Positions 29,588 to 37,922 of a stretch of 58,290 nucleotides of DNA are shown here, one piece after another; within the stretch, counting starts at the first letter, position 1, and the number at the start of each line of letters is the position of its first letter. Under the pieces are notes generated by a model that was given only the letters and a program-made list of their open reading frames with translations, was not told the DNA's origin and searched no databases. The DNA is from Marinilabiliales bacterium. GTDB lineage: Bacteria; Bacteroidota; Bacteroidia; Bacteroidales; BM520. A program made the position numbers and the translations under genes. Location: contig PKSY01000157.1 of the NCBI GenBank assembly GCA_002869405.1, positions 1 through 58,290 on the forward strand. The letters are read 5' to 3'.

Positions 29588-30229
29588 ATGGCGTACAAAA
29601 CTATTCTCTGGGACTGGAACGGCACACTGCTGAACGATACCGGAATATGTATTGATGTGATGAATGGCATGCTGCAAAAACATGGTATGCCACTCATTTC
29701 TCTTGAAAAATACAGATCTGTATTTACTTTTCCGGTTAAGGACTACTACGAAGCTGTCGGCTGGGATTTCTCAACACACAAATTTGAAATTATCGGTCAC
29801 GAATTTATTGATGGATACAGAGTTGCACTTCCGTCGGCGAAGGTATTCGCAGATGCGCATCACGTACTTGAGCAATTTAAAAAATCAGGGATGCAGCAAC
29901 ACATTCTCTCTGCCATGGAAGCTGAGTTTTTGTTGGAGTCGGTTGCAGATATGGGAATTTCAAACTATTTCAAATCGATAAATGGCATTACAAATCACCT
30001 TGCAAAAGGCAAAGTTGACATCTCACGGGAGATGCAGGCACGGGAACATTTCGATGTTTCTGCAACCTTGATTATCGGAGACACGCTTCACGACGGGGAA
30101 ATCGCAAAAGAGCTGGGATGTGATTGCATATTGGTTGCGTCCGGGCATCAAAACCGCGCACGGCTGGAGCAATCAGGATTTCCTGTTGTTGAAAAGCTTG
30201 AAGATATAACGAAGAATATAATATTCTGA
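29588..30229 (+). CDS. HAD-superfamily hydrolase (phosphoglycolate phosphatase-like)
   Basis: Trimmed to ATG 29588 (MAYKTILWDWNGTLLND = DxDGT-type motif I variant). Motif IV is IGDTLHDGE. Confidence 0.75.
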   Translation: MAYKTILWDWNGTLLNDTGICIDVMNGMLQKHGMPLISLEKYRSVFTFPVKDYYEAVGWDFSTHKFEIIGHEFIDGYRVALPSAKVFADAHHVLEQFKKSGMQQHILSAMEAEFLLESVADMGISNYFKSINGITNHLAKGKVDISREMQAREHFDVSATLIIGDTLHDGEIAKELGCDCILVASGHQNRARLEQSGFPVVEKLEDITKNIIF

Positions 30230-31057
30230 TTATAAACGAACAGGCTTCTTCTTCCCTCCTTTTCCGGAATAATATTTCATGGCTTCGGGAAGATTATCAC
30301 GCATTGCTTTAATACGTTTTTCATCCGACGGGTGCGTTGACAGCAGTTCAGGAGGATTAGGCCCTCCGGCAGCAGACATCTTTTCCCAGAATGCGACCGC
30401 AGTATTTGGGTCATATCCGGCCTTGGCCATCAATATCATACCAATCTTATCAGCCTCATATTCATGTTTTCGCGAATATGCCAGTGTTCCCAGTGTAGAA
30501 CCTATTCCGTAAGAAGCAAGAAATATCTGTTGGGTCATCTCGGGTTTTTCCTGCATAGCAACAGCGAGGGTCATTCCGCCAAGCTGCACTGCAAGTTGCT
30601 GGCTCATACGTTCATTTCCATGACGCGCCAGAGCGTGGGCAATCTCATGTCCCATTACAACTGCAACGCCGTTTTCATCTTCACAAACAGGCATTATACC
30701 TGAATAAAAGACAATCTTGCCTCCCGGCATACACCAGGCATTGATAGTTTCATCATTGACCATGTTAAACTCCCAGTCAAAATCATCCAGCCGCTTCTCA
30801 AGGTTATTCTCCTTGAGAAACTCGTTTACAGCTGCTGAAATATCGCCTCCAACTTTTCTGACCATCTGAACATTTTTGTCATCATCAGGCAACGGTGGAT
30901 TTTCTTTTAAAAATTCACCATAAGAGGTCAGACTCATCTCCATCATTATTGAAGATGGCAACAAATTCACCTGTTTGCGGTTTGTCAAAGGTACTGTGCT
31001 GCACGACACAAAAAGCATCGCAAAAATAACTGTTAGTAAAGGGAAAGTCTTTCTCAT
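30230..31057 (-). CDS. M48 family metallopeptidase, lipoprotein
   Basis: 275 aa, signal peptide with lipobox (LFVSC). Zinc motif VMGHEIAHALARH. Confidence 0.85.
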   Translation of the reverse strand: MRKTFPLLTVIFAMLFVSCSTVPLTNRKQVNLLPSSIMMEMSLTSYGEFLKENPPLPDDDKNVQMVRKVGGDISAAVNEFLKENNLEKRLDDFDWEFNMVNDETINAWCMPGGKIVFYSGIMPVCEDENGVAVVMGHEIAHALARHGNERMSQQLAVQLGGMTLAVAMQEKPEMTQQIFLASYGIGSTLGTLAYSRKHEYEADKIGMILMAKAGYDPNTAVAFWEKMSAAGGPNPPELLSTHPSDEKRIKAMRDNLPEAMKYYSGKGGKKKPVRL

Positions 31058-31065
31058 AATATGTG

Positions 31066-31389
31066 TTAGTTGATTTCTACCGTAATTTGAAGTGTGGTCA
31101 GTTGACCTGCCATTTTCTTAATTGTTTCACCCGGACCCTCTTTGATTACGCATTTTCCTTTCAAATGGGCAATCATAGCACACTGCTCGGCCTGCTCAGG
31201 AGAATGATCACACACATCTATTAAAGCCTCAATAATAAAATCGAATGTATTTACTTCGTCGTTAAACAACACAAGCCGACGGTTTGAATCATCAAACATT
31301 GTGTCATGAGGTGAGTCATGCAATTGCTCCTGACCGGAATTTCTAATCAATTCATTGTTCATACAATTCAAAATTAAAACATTTTTCAT
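31066..31389 (-). CDS. clpS: ATP-dependent Clp protease adaptor ClpS
   Basis: 107 aa. LVLFNDEVNTFDFIIEALIDVCDHSPEQAEQCAMIAHLKGKCV is the ClpS core. Confidence 0.85.
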   Translation of the reverse strand: MKNVLILNCMNNELIRNSGQEQLHDSPHDTMFDDSNRRLVLFNDEVNTFDFIIEALIDVCDHSPEQAEQCAMIAHLKGKCVIKEGPGETIKKMAGQLTTLQITVEIN

Positions 31390-31444
31390 TTGATAATGTT
31401 TTAAAGATCAAATCTCAGTTTTTTTTAATCTTTGCATCAAACAA

Positions 31445-32077
31445 TTGAATTCGTTTTCAGTGAAATATATTCAGCAGATAAAAGACCGTATCACAATGGG
31501 ACTGCCGGGTGAGAGTGCGCATCATGAAATGATCTCTGAGTTACGCACCCATCAGATGATGCAGTTTACCCATAAAAACAAACCTTCTGATGCAGCTGTT
31601 TTGATTCTTTTATACCGTAAAAACGATGAGTGGTATATCCCTTTTATAAAACGTGCAGAAGACAATCACGCACACAGCGGGCAAATAGCACTACCGGGAG
31701 GAAGGTATGAAATTTCTGATGCTGATTTTTCTGAAACAGCACTCCGCGAAACAGAAGAGGAAATTGGGATTTCGAGAGAATTAATCCTCCCTGTAGGGGA
31801 ACTTACCAGGCTGTATATTCCTCCGAGTAATTATAATGTTTACCCTTTTATCGGGGAGTATACAGGAAATCAAATAGATTTTACACCTGATAAAAAAGAG
31901 GTGGATTACGTTATTGAAGTGCCTGTTAAAGAATTAATCAACCCTGAAGCAATAACCTTAAGAGAGTTTAACGTAAAGGATTTGCGCTTCAGTACACCAT
32001 GCTTCAATATTAATGGGAATATTATCTGGGGTGCCACAGCAATGATAATAAATGAATTTCTTTCTCTAATAAAATAG
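31445..32077 (+). CDS. NUDIX hydrolase (CoA pyrophosphatase-like)
   Basis: Nudix box GGRYEISDADFSETALRETEEEIGI. The start is uncertain: TTG 31445 in the track, or GTG 31463. Confidence 0.75.
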   Translation: MNSFSVKYIQQIKDRITMGLPGESAHHEMISELRTHQMMQFTHKNKPSDAAVLILLYRKNDEWYIPFIKRAEDNHAHSGQIALPGGRYEISDADFSETALRETEEEIGISRELILPVGELTRLYIPPSNYNVYPFIGEYTGNQIDFTPDKKEVDYVIEVPVKELINPEAITLREFNVKDLRFSTPCFNINGNIIWGATAMIINEFLSLIK

Positions 32078-32104
32078 TGCTCTTCGAAACCATTTCGCAC
32101 TATT

Positions 32105-32118
32105 CGTTTTCGAAAACG
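32105..32118. promoter_or_regulatory. Perfect 14-bp palindrome CGTTTTCGAAAACG (possible operator)
   Basis: Exact palindrome 28 nt after the NUDIX stop. Related TTTTCGAA cores occur at 32199-32206 and 32476-32483, and a TTCGAA at 32083-32088. Confidence 0.3.
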
Positions 32119-32492
32119 TCATCTATCTACATAAACATCAGCATCTTACACATCAACAAAATCCATTTTTTGTCAGAATCTCAATTATCGGGTCGTCATT
32201 TTCGAATAGCAAATAAAAGCAAAGGAAACACAAGCCAGCTATAAAACCCTATTAATCAATACATTGACAAATATGGCACACCTATTGGTAAAATCGGGCA
32301 TGAAAAGAACAAAAGGAATTAAAAACACTGTTCTTACACTATGTTCATAATCAGTTTATCACAAATGGAGGAATCCATTTACGGCAGAAGCGGCCTTATA
32401 TGGTCCTTGCCACAAAAACGGCTAAAATCAAACGTTTTTAACAAGACATTTAAGAAACTGCAATTATCGTAGTGTTTTTCGAATTAGTGTAT

Positions 32493-32520
32493 GGCCCGGG
32501 GTAGTGTCCGGGCCTTTTTT
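32493..32520 (+). terminator. Intrinsic terminator with no adjacent CDS (orphan)
   Basis: ggcccgg ggtagtgt ccgggcc followed by TTTTTT. The nearest upstream annotated stop is 416 nt away. Confidence 0.75.
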
Positions 32521-32523
32521 ATT

Positions 32524-32531
32524 TATCTTTG
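32524..32531 (+). promoter_or_regulatory. Bacteroidota -7 promoter box
   Basis: TATCTTTG lies 15 nt upstream of ATG 32547. Confidence 0.5.
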
Positions 32532-32546
32532 TTACAAAGATAGATT

Positions 32547-33683
32547 ATGCTAACCCTGTTAAAATCGTGCGAGTTATATTCTCCTGAAAAGGAAGAGATA
32601 TGTGATATTCTTCTGGGAGGAAACCGTATTCTGGCCATTGGCAAGGAGCTTTTCCCTCAAAAAGGGCTTATTACGGAGATTGTGAATTGCAGCGGATACA
32701 AAGTTTTTCCCGGGTTAATTGATCCATTGTGTTTTCCTTGCGGCGATGGCAATGACCACGGCCGGGAGATGCTTTTTCATCCCACACTTTTTGCCGACAG
32801 CGCCAAACTTGCAGGAGTAAGCAGCCTTATCGGTACTTTAGGTTGGAACGACATCACCCGTTCTCCTGACACATTGCTGCGCAAAACCAAAGAACTTTGC
32901 GGAAAACAGATTAAAGCATATACCTACACCGGAGGATTCCGCGGTAATTCTGCTGTAATGACAGGCAGTATTGCTTCCGATCTGACCTATATTGCAGAGA
33001 TAAAAGCCACCGGAGCAATAGGTATCGCTGACCATCGCTCAGGACTCCTGTCGGAAGATATTGTGTCCACAACTCATGCGGAGGCCGAGGCCGGGGCTGA
33101 GCTGGGAGAAAAATCGGCAGTGGTTGTTTATTTACTGGGGGAAGAGAAACAACATTACACATCACAATTAAACATATTGAATAAAATGACTCCGGTTTTC
33201 AGGCACACTATGCTTGCAGGGGTAAACAGAAATGCAGAAGCACTTGAGGCCGGGAAAAAGTTTGGGATGAAAGGGCTGGTGAATATTGCAGCAAACACCA
33301 CAGGTTTTTTTCAGGAAGATGCCATTGAAGCAAAAACAGCCCTTAAAGAATACCTCAGGGCTGGCGTCCCCATTAAGAATATCATAATTTCCTCGTATGC
33401 CGGCATTGAAGCTGTTAAACCTCAGACCACGAACCTCGAAACCCAGTATGGAATGTTCTATTCCGCATTTTGCGAAAGTATCTCAGATATTAATATTCCC
33501 ACGGACGTAGTAGCTAAAGTCTTCTCCACCAATGCATCAAAGATTTTCAGGCTTAATGATGCAGGAATTATTAAAGAAGGTATGGATGCAGACATTCTGG
33601 TTTCCACAAACGACTTCAAGCCCGTGCATCTGTTTATCCGGGGCACGCAAGTTTTGCAAGACAGAAAGGTAGTTGAAGAATAA
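32547..33683 (+). CDS. Isoaspartyl dipeptidase (IadA)-like amidohydrolase-fold protein lacking the HxH metal motif
   Basis: 378 aa. Collinear with IadA by eye (PGLID..., LAGVSSLIGTLG, ADHRS, GVNRN, DADILV), but PGFIDQHVH is replaced by PGLIDPLCF. Confidence 0.7.
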   Translation: MLTLLKSCELYSPEKEEICDILLGGNRILAIGKELFPQKGLITEIVNCSGYKVFPGLIDPLCFPCGDGNDHGREMLFHPTLFADSAKLAGVSSLIGTLGWNDITRSPDTLLRKTKELCGKQIKAYTYTGGFRGNSAVMTGSIASDLTYIAEIKATGAIGIADHRSGLLSEDIVSTTHAEAEAGAELGEKSAVVVYLLGEEKQHYTSQLNILNKMTPVFRHTMLAGVNRNAEALEAGKKFGMKGLVNIAANTTGFFQEDAIEAKTALKEYLRAGVPIKNIIISSYAGIEAVKPQTTNLETQYGMFYSAFCESISDINIPTDVVAKVFSTNASKIFRLNDAGIIKEGMDADILVSTNDFKPVHLFIRGTQVLQDRKVVEE

Positions 33684-33704
33684 ATCCCAACTTCGGGAAA
33701 GTAT

Positions 33705-33712
33705 TATTTTTG
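33705..33712 (+). promoter_or_regulatory. Bacteroidota -7 promoter box
   Basis: TATTTTTG lies 8 nt upstream of ATG 33721. Confidence 0.4.
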
Positions 33713-33720
33713 CAAGTATT

Positions 33721-34362
33721 ATGAGCCATTATATCAAAAATCTGATTGAAGAGGGGGAACATCAGCAGCTGGATTTCAAGTACGAAATTTCGGATTCAAA
33801 GAAGATAGCGCGAAGTCTGGTTGCCTTTGCCAATACAGATGGAGGAAGACTTTTGGTTGGCGTCAAGGACAACGGATCGGTTTCGGGAGTTAAAAGTGCC
33901 GAAGAGTTCTACATGGTTGAAACAGCATCAACACTTTATACCCGTCCCGAGGTTCCCTATACAACGCGCGAATGGACCGTAGACGGGAAAACAGTTGTGG
34001 AAGTCATTGTTCATCCCAGAGTCGGGAAACCGCATCAGGCGCCCGACAAGGATGGAAGATATAAGGTTTTTGTCAGGGTTAAAGACCAGAATCTTCTGGC
34101 AAATACAGTCTTAATAAAATACTGGAAACGGAAAGAACAGCAATCTCCCGATGGTGTTTTTATAAATTATACCGAAAAGGAAGATATGCTTTTGAAATAT
34201 CTGGAACAAAACGGCTCCATCACACTCACAAAGCTCATTAAGCTCTCAGGGTTAAATAAGCGGAAAGCCGAAGCACTGCTTGTGGATTTCCTGTTATTAA
34301 ATATTATCGAAATGGTAATTACGGAAACGACTACGTTTTACCGAATCAAAGACATGGATTAA
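33721..34362 (+). CDS. AlbA_2 (Schlafen-like putative DNA-binding) domain protein with C-terminal wHTH-like region
   Basis: Trimmed to MSHYIKNLIEEGEHQQLDFKYEI...SLVAFANTDGGRLLVGVKDNG, the hallmark of the AlbA_2 domain. 213 aa. Confidence 0.7.
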   Translation: MSHYIKNLIEEGEHQQLDFKYEISDSKKIARSLVAFANTDGGRLLVGVKDNGSVSGVKSAEEFYMVETASTLYTRPEVPYTTREWTVDGKTVVEVIVHPRVGKPHQAPDKDGRYKVFVRVKDQNLLANTVLIKYWKRKEQQSPDGVFINYTEKEDMLLKYLEQNGSITLTKLIKLSGLNKRKAEALLVDFLLLNIIEMVITETTTFYRIKDMD

Positions 34363-34371
34363 ACACGTTTC

Positions 34372-35457
34372 TTACTCCTGAAATCTTTTATTAATCTCCT
34401 GCTGAAGTATCAGGTCGGCTAATGCGAGGCTCACCATACTCTCAATTATAGTTACAGCGCGGGGAACCACACATGCGTCATGTCGTCCTTCCACATTGAG
34501 TTTAACAGGAAAACCGTCAGCATCAACAGTAGTTTGTTGCTGTGATATGGATGAGACCGGCTTAATGGCTGCCCGGATCACAATATCTTCACCCGAGGAG
34601 ATTCCGCCGATTACGCCACCGGCATTATTGGAAGCCGGGCGAATCTTACCATCTTCATTAATATAGGGATCATTATTTTCACTTCCTTTCATGGTAGCAA
34701 CCTGAAAGCCTCTGCCAATTTCAAATCCTTTAACTGCAGGAATACTCATAACAGCTTGCGCCACAACACTTTCAAGTTTTTGAAATACCGGTTCACCAAC
34801 TCCGGCGGGAAAATTTTTCACCACACATGTAACCATCCCTCCAACCGAGTCACCCTCTTTCACCGCCTGATCAATCACCGCCTGCATCTCTTTTTCAACG
34901 ATTTTGTCAGGACATCGTAATGCTGAAGCTTCGATTTTATGTACCTGGAAGTTATAATCATCTTCCATTGCTGCAGTACCAATCTGATTGGTAAAGCCAT
35001 ATACCAGCGCATCATATTTCAGAAGTACCATTTTTGCAAACGCACCTGCCACTACCCTTGCAGTAGTTTCTCGTGCTGACGCTCTGCCGCCGCCACGATA
35101 ATCACGAAATCCGAATTTCCTGTCCCACGTATAATCAGCATGACCGGGTCTGTAAACTCTTTTCAGGTCGTGATAATCAGAAGGCTTATGATCTTCATTT
35201 CGAATGATAAAAGCCACCGGTGTTCCCAGTGTAATACCTTCGAGCACGCCACTTAATATTTCCACATCATCATGCTCCCGACGCCCGGATTCAAAACTTT
35301 TTTCCCCGGGCTTCCGGCGAATCATCTCACGGCGCAGAAGTTCAAAATCAACAGGTATTCCTGCCGGAATACCATCCAGAACCCCGCCCATAGCAGGGCC
35401 GTGAGATTCACCGAATGTCATAAGTTGCAATTGTCGTCCGAAAAGTGAGCCGCCCAT
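34372..35457 (-). CDS. aroC: Chorismate synthase
   Basis: 361 aa. Motifs FGESHGPAMGGVLDG, RPGHADYT, GGGRASARETTARV. Confidence 0.95.
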   Translation of the reverse strand: MGGSLFGRQLQLMTFGESHGPAMGGVLDGIPAGIPVDFELLRREMIRRKPGEKSFESGRREHDDVEILSGVLEGITLGTPVAFIIRNEDHKPSDYHDLKRVYRPGHADYTWDRKFGFRDYRGGGRASARETTARVVAGAFAKMVLLKYDALVYGFTNQIGTAAMEDDYNFQVHKIEASALRCPDKIVEKEMQAVIDQAVKEGDSVGGMVTCVVKNFPAGVGEPVFQKLESVVAQAVMSIPAVKGFEIGRGFQVATMKGSENNDPYINEDGKIRPASNNAGGVIGGISSGEDIVIRAAIKPVSSISQQQTTVDADGFPVKLNVEGRHDACVVPRAVTIIESMVSLALADLILQQEINKRFQE

Positions 35458-35577
35458 AGTTTTAATTTTAGTCCGAAATTACACAATTTCTTTCAATAGA
35501 TAAAAGCAGATGATAATATCTGAATTTGCAGGGTCGTTGTCGCCGGAAATGCCATAGGAAAATCGAGGGAAAAGAAT

Positions 35578-35585
35578 TACATTTG
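35578..35585 (+). promoter_or_regulatory. Bacteroidota -7 promoter box
   Basis: TACATTTG lies 27 nt upstream of ATG 35613. It sits inside the track's TTG-extended ORF, which argues for the shorter CDS. Confidence 0.45.
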
Positions 35586-35612
35586 CATCAAACCCATTTA
35601 ACATCTGTTATT

Positions 35613-36821
35613 ATGATATCAAATCTCAATAATCTTTTTTCCGATCATGCCAATCGGATGAAACGTTCAGCTATTCGCGAATGTTTAAAGCTTACTCAAC
35701 AACCCGATATCATCTCGTTTGCAGGTGGTTTACCATCAAAGACCTCCTTTCCGTACGATGATGTCCAGGAACTTGCCGTTCAGGTACTTCGCGAAGACGG
35801 GGCAGCTGCACTTCAGTACTCTACAACAGAAGGTGACACCGGGCTTCGTGAGCAACTTGTTAAGCGTTACCACGCTGAAGGCCTCGATCATATTACAACG
35901 GATAACATTGTAATCACCACTGCGTCACAACAAAGCCTTGATCTTCTTGGCAAGATTCTGATAAACCCGGGGGATAAAATTATTTGCGGCCTGCCGAGTT
36001 ACCTCGGAGGAATCAGTGCATTCTCGGTTTACGGGCCGGAACTCGTGGGTGTGGCATTCGATCAACACGGCATGCGCTCCGACATACTGGAAGAAAAACT
36101 TGAAGCAATGCGCATTGCAGGTGAAAAACCGAAATTCATCTATGTAATCCCTGATTTTCAAAATCCTGCAGGAATTACAATGCCTGAATTCAGAAGAAAA
36201 GAAATTATTGAACTTGCCCACAAGTATGATGTGCTGATCGTGGAAGACAGCCCATACCGCGAGGTGCGCTTCGAAGGTGAAGCACCAAAAATGATGCATG
36301 CACTTGATAAATCCGGGCACGTGATAACCCTTGGAACGTTCTCAAAAATCTTCTGCCCGGGCTTCCGCATTGGATGGATTATCGCTCATACAGATATCCT
36401 GGACAAATTCGTTCAGGCCAAGCAGACTGCAGACCTATGTACTTCCAGCTATCTGCAGAAAATAGCAGCTAAGTATCTTGAAACAGGAATGTTTGAAAAA
36501 AATCTTTCTGGAATAATCAGCGAGTACAAGGAGAAAAAGGAGCATATGATTCGCAACTTCGAAAAATATATGCCCGAAGGTGTTACATGGACAAACCCTG
36601 AAGGAGGATTATTCCTCTTCATGTATCTTCCCGAACACCTTGATGCCGGAAAGCTCTTTTTTAAAGCCGTAGAGAAAAAAGTTGCATTCGTGCAGGGAGA
36701 TGTTTTCCATTGCGACGGGACAGGAAAAAACACTATGCGCATAAACTTCTCTTTTGTGGATAAAGAGACCAATACAGAGGGTGTAAAAAGACTGGCAGCA
36801 GTAATTAAGGAAGCCATGTAA
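35613..36821 (+). CDS. PLP-dependent aminotransferase, class I/II fold
   Basis: Trimmed to MISNLNNLFSDHANRMKRSAIRE. PLP-lysine motif TFSKIFCPGFRIGW. ~402 aa. Confidence 0.8.
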   Translation: MISNLNNLFSDHANRMKRSAIRECLKLTQQPDIISFAGGLPSKTSFPYDDVQELAVQVLREDGAAALQYSTTEGDTGLREQLVKRYHAEGLDHITTDNIVITTASQQSLDLLGKILINPGDKIICGLPSYLGGISAFSVYGPELVGVAFDQHGMRSDILEEKLEAMRIAGEKPKFIYVIPDFQNPAGITMPEFRRKEIIELAHKYDVLIVEDSPYREVRFEGEAPKMMHALDKSGHVITLGTFSKIFCPGFRIGWIIAHTDILDKFVQAKQTADLCTSSYLQKIAAKYLETGMFEKNLSGIISEYKEKKEHMIRNFEKYMPEGVTWTNPEGGLFLFMYLPEHLDAGKLFFKAVEKKVAFVQGDVFHCDGTGKNTMRINFSFVDKETNTEGVKRLAAVIKEAM

Positions 36822-36869
36822 CACAAATATAATTGTCTCATAATCAGACAATTTATTTATAATAACATC

Positions 36870-36927
36870 AAAATCACACTGTAATGAAGTCCACTGAACC
36901 GGGCTTTATTACAGTGTGATTTTATTT
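36870..36927 (+). terminator. Long hairpin / terminator after the aminotransferase gene
   Basis: Perfect 16-bp arms aaaatcacactgtaat (36870-36885) and attacagtgtgatttt (36908-36923), then a T-rich tail. Confidence 0.6.
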
Positions 36928-37051
36928 TAAAAAGCATATAGCTGGCTGCATCCGTAAATAGCATCCCGGGAATGAAACTTTATTACGCAAAAAACGTTAA
37001 AACCGTGTAATAAATCCTTTTCAGGTACATTATATTTAAAACTGATTCAAA

Positions 37052-37909
37052 ATGCACGTATATATTCTTCCGGCAATACTTTTAATTATCATTGCTGTCC
37101 TGGTCTTCTATCTGCTAAAAGGGAATCGCGAAATACAATCCCTGAAGCAAAACAATAATATTGCTGTAAGCGATTGCTCAGCACTGGAAAAGCAGCTCGA
37201 AAGTTATCAGAAAAAAGATGAGGCCACAGATCGTTTCTTTGCCATTGTAACTCATGACCTCAGAGGCCCCATTGGCAATACAGGGTCTATTCTTCAAACT
37301 ATGCTGGATAACCCGGGTATTTATGACGAAGAGACTAACATAGAGATTCTCACTGCACTAAAGGATACCTCCAAGCAATCACTGGAATTAATCAATACGC
37401 TGAGCCAGTGGTCGAGAATACAGCGCAAAAAAACCAAGGTTCACCCCGAACCATTTGTTGTACAGGACCTTATTGAGAATGTAATTGCAAAAACAAAGGA
37501 GAAAGCAGTACATAAAAACATCACAATATCACCTGTTTACAATTCACCAAACCCTACCCTTACAACTGACATAAAACTTGCTTCGGATATCCTCTGCCAT
37601 TTAGTAATAAATGCCATCAAGTATTCGCACCCCGGCACGGAGGTAAAAATATATATCTCAGAAGAAAAAGGAGGTGTACAGTTTCATGTGGAGGATAATG
37701 GTATTGGCATCTCAGAAGCAAACATGAAAAAGGTCATGAATAAATATGACTTCTTCCACACCTATGGCACAGACAATGAAAAAGGGCCCGGTCTTGGAAT
37801 CACAATCGTTATGGAATACACTGAAATGTTACAGGGAAAATTCCATGCAGAAAGTAAAATGGAGGAAGGTTCTGACTTTTTCGTTTTATTACCTAATATT
37901 GTCTCCTGA
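37052..37909 (+). CDS. Sensor histidine kinase (minimal: 1 TM, coiled coil, HisKA, HATPase_c)
   Basis: 285 aa. H-box FFAIVTHDLRGPIGN, N-box LVINAIKYS, G-boxes EDNGIGIS and GPGLGITIV. No response regulator is adjacent. Confidence 0.85.
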   Translation: MHVYILPAILLIIIAVLVFYLLKGNREIQSLKQNNNIAVSDCSALEKQLESYQKKDEATDRFFAIVTHDLRGPIGNTGSILQTMLDNPGIYDEETNIEILTALKDTSKQSLELINTLSQWSRIQRKKTKVHPEPFVVQDLIENVIAKTKEKAVHKNITISPVYNSPNPTLTTDIKLASDILCHLVINAIKYSHPGTEVKIYISEEKGGVQFHVEDNGIGISEANMKKVMNKYDFFHTYGTDNEKGPGLGITIVMEYTEMLQGKFHAESKMEEGSDFFVLLPNIVS

Positions 37910-37922
37910 TTTTTAAATAACT

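Noticed and set aside
36755-36763. Perfect DnaA box (TGTGGATAA), and the idea that parAB/dnaB proximity marks oriC.
   Set aside because: It is a single box inside a coding region. I saw no cluster of DnaA boxes or an AT-rich unwinding element in any intergenic region, and dnaA is not in the window.
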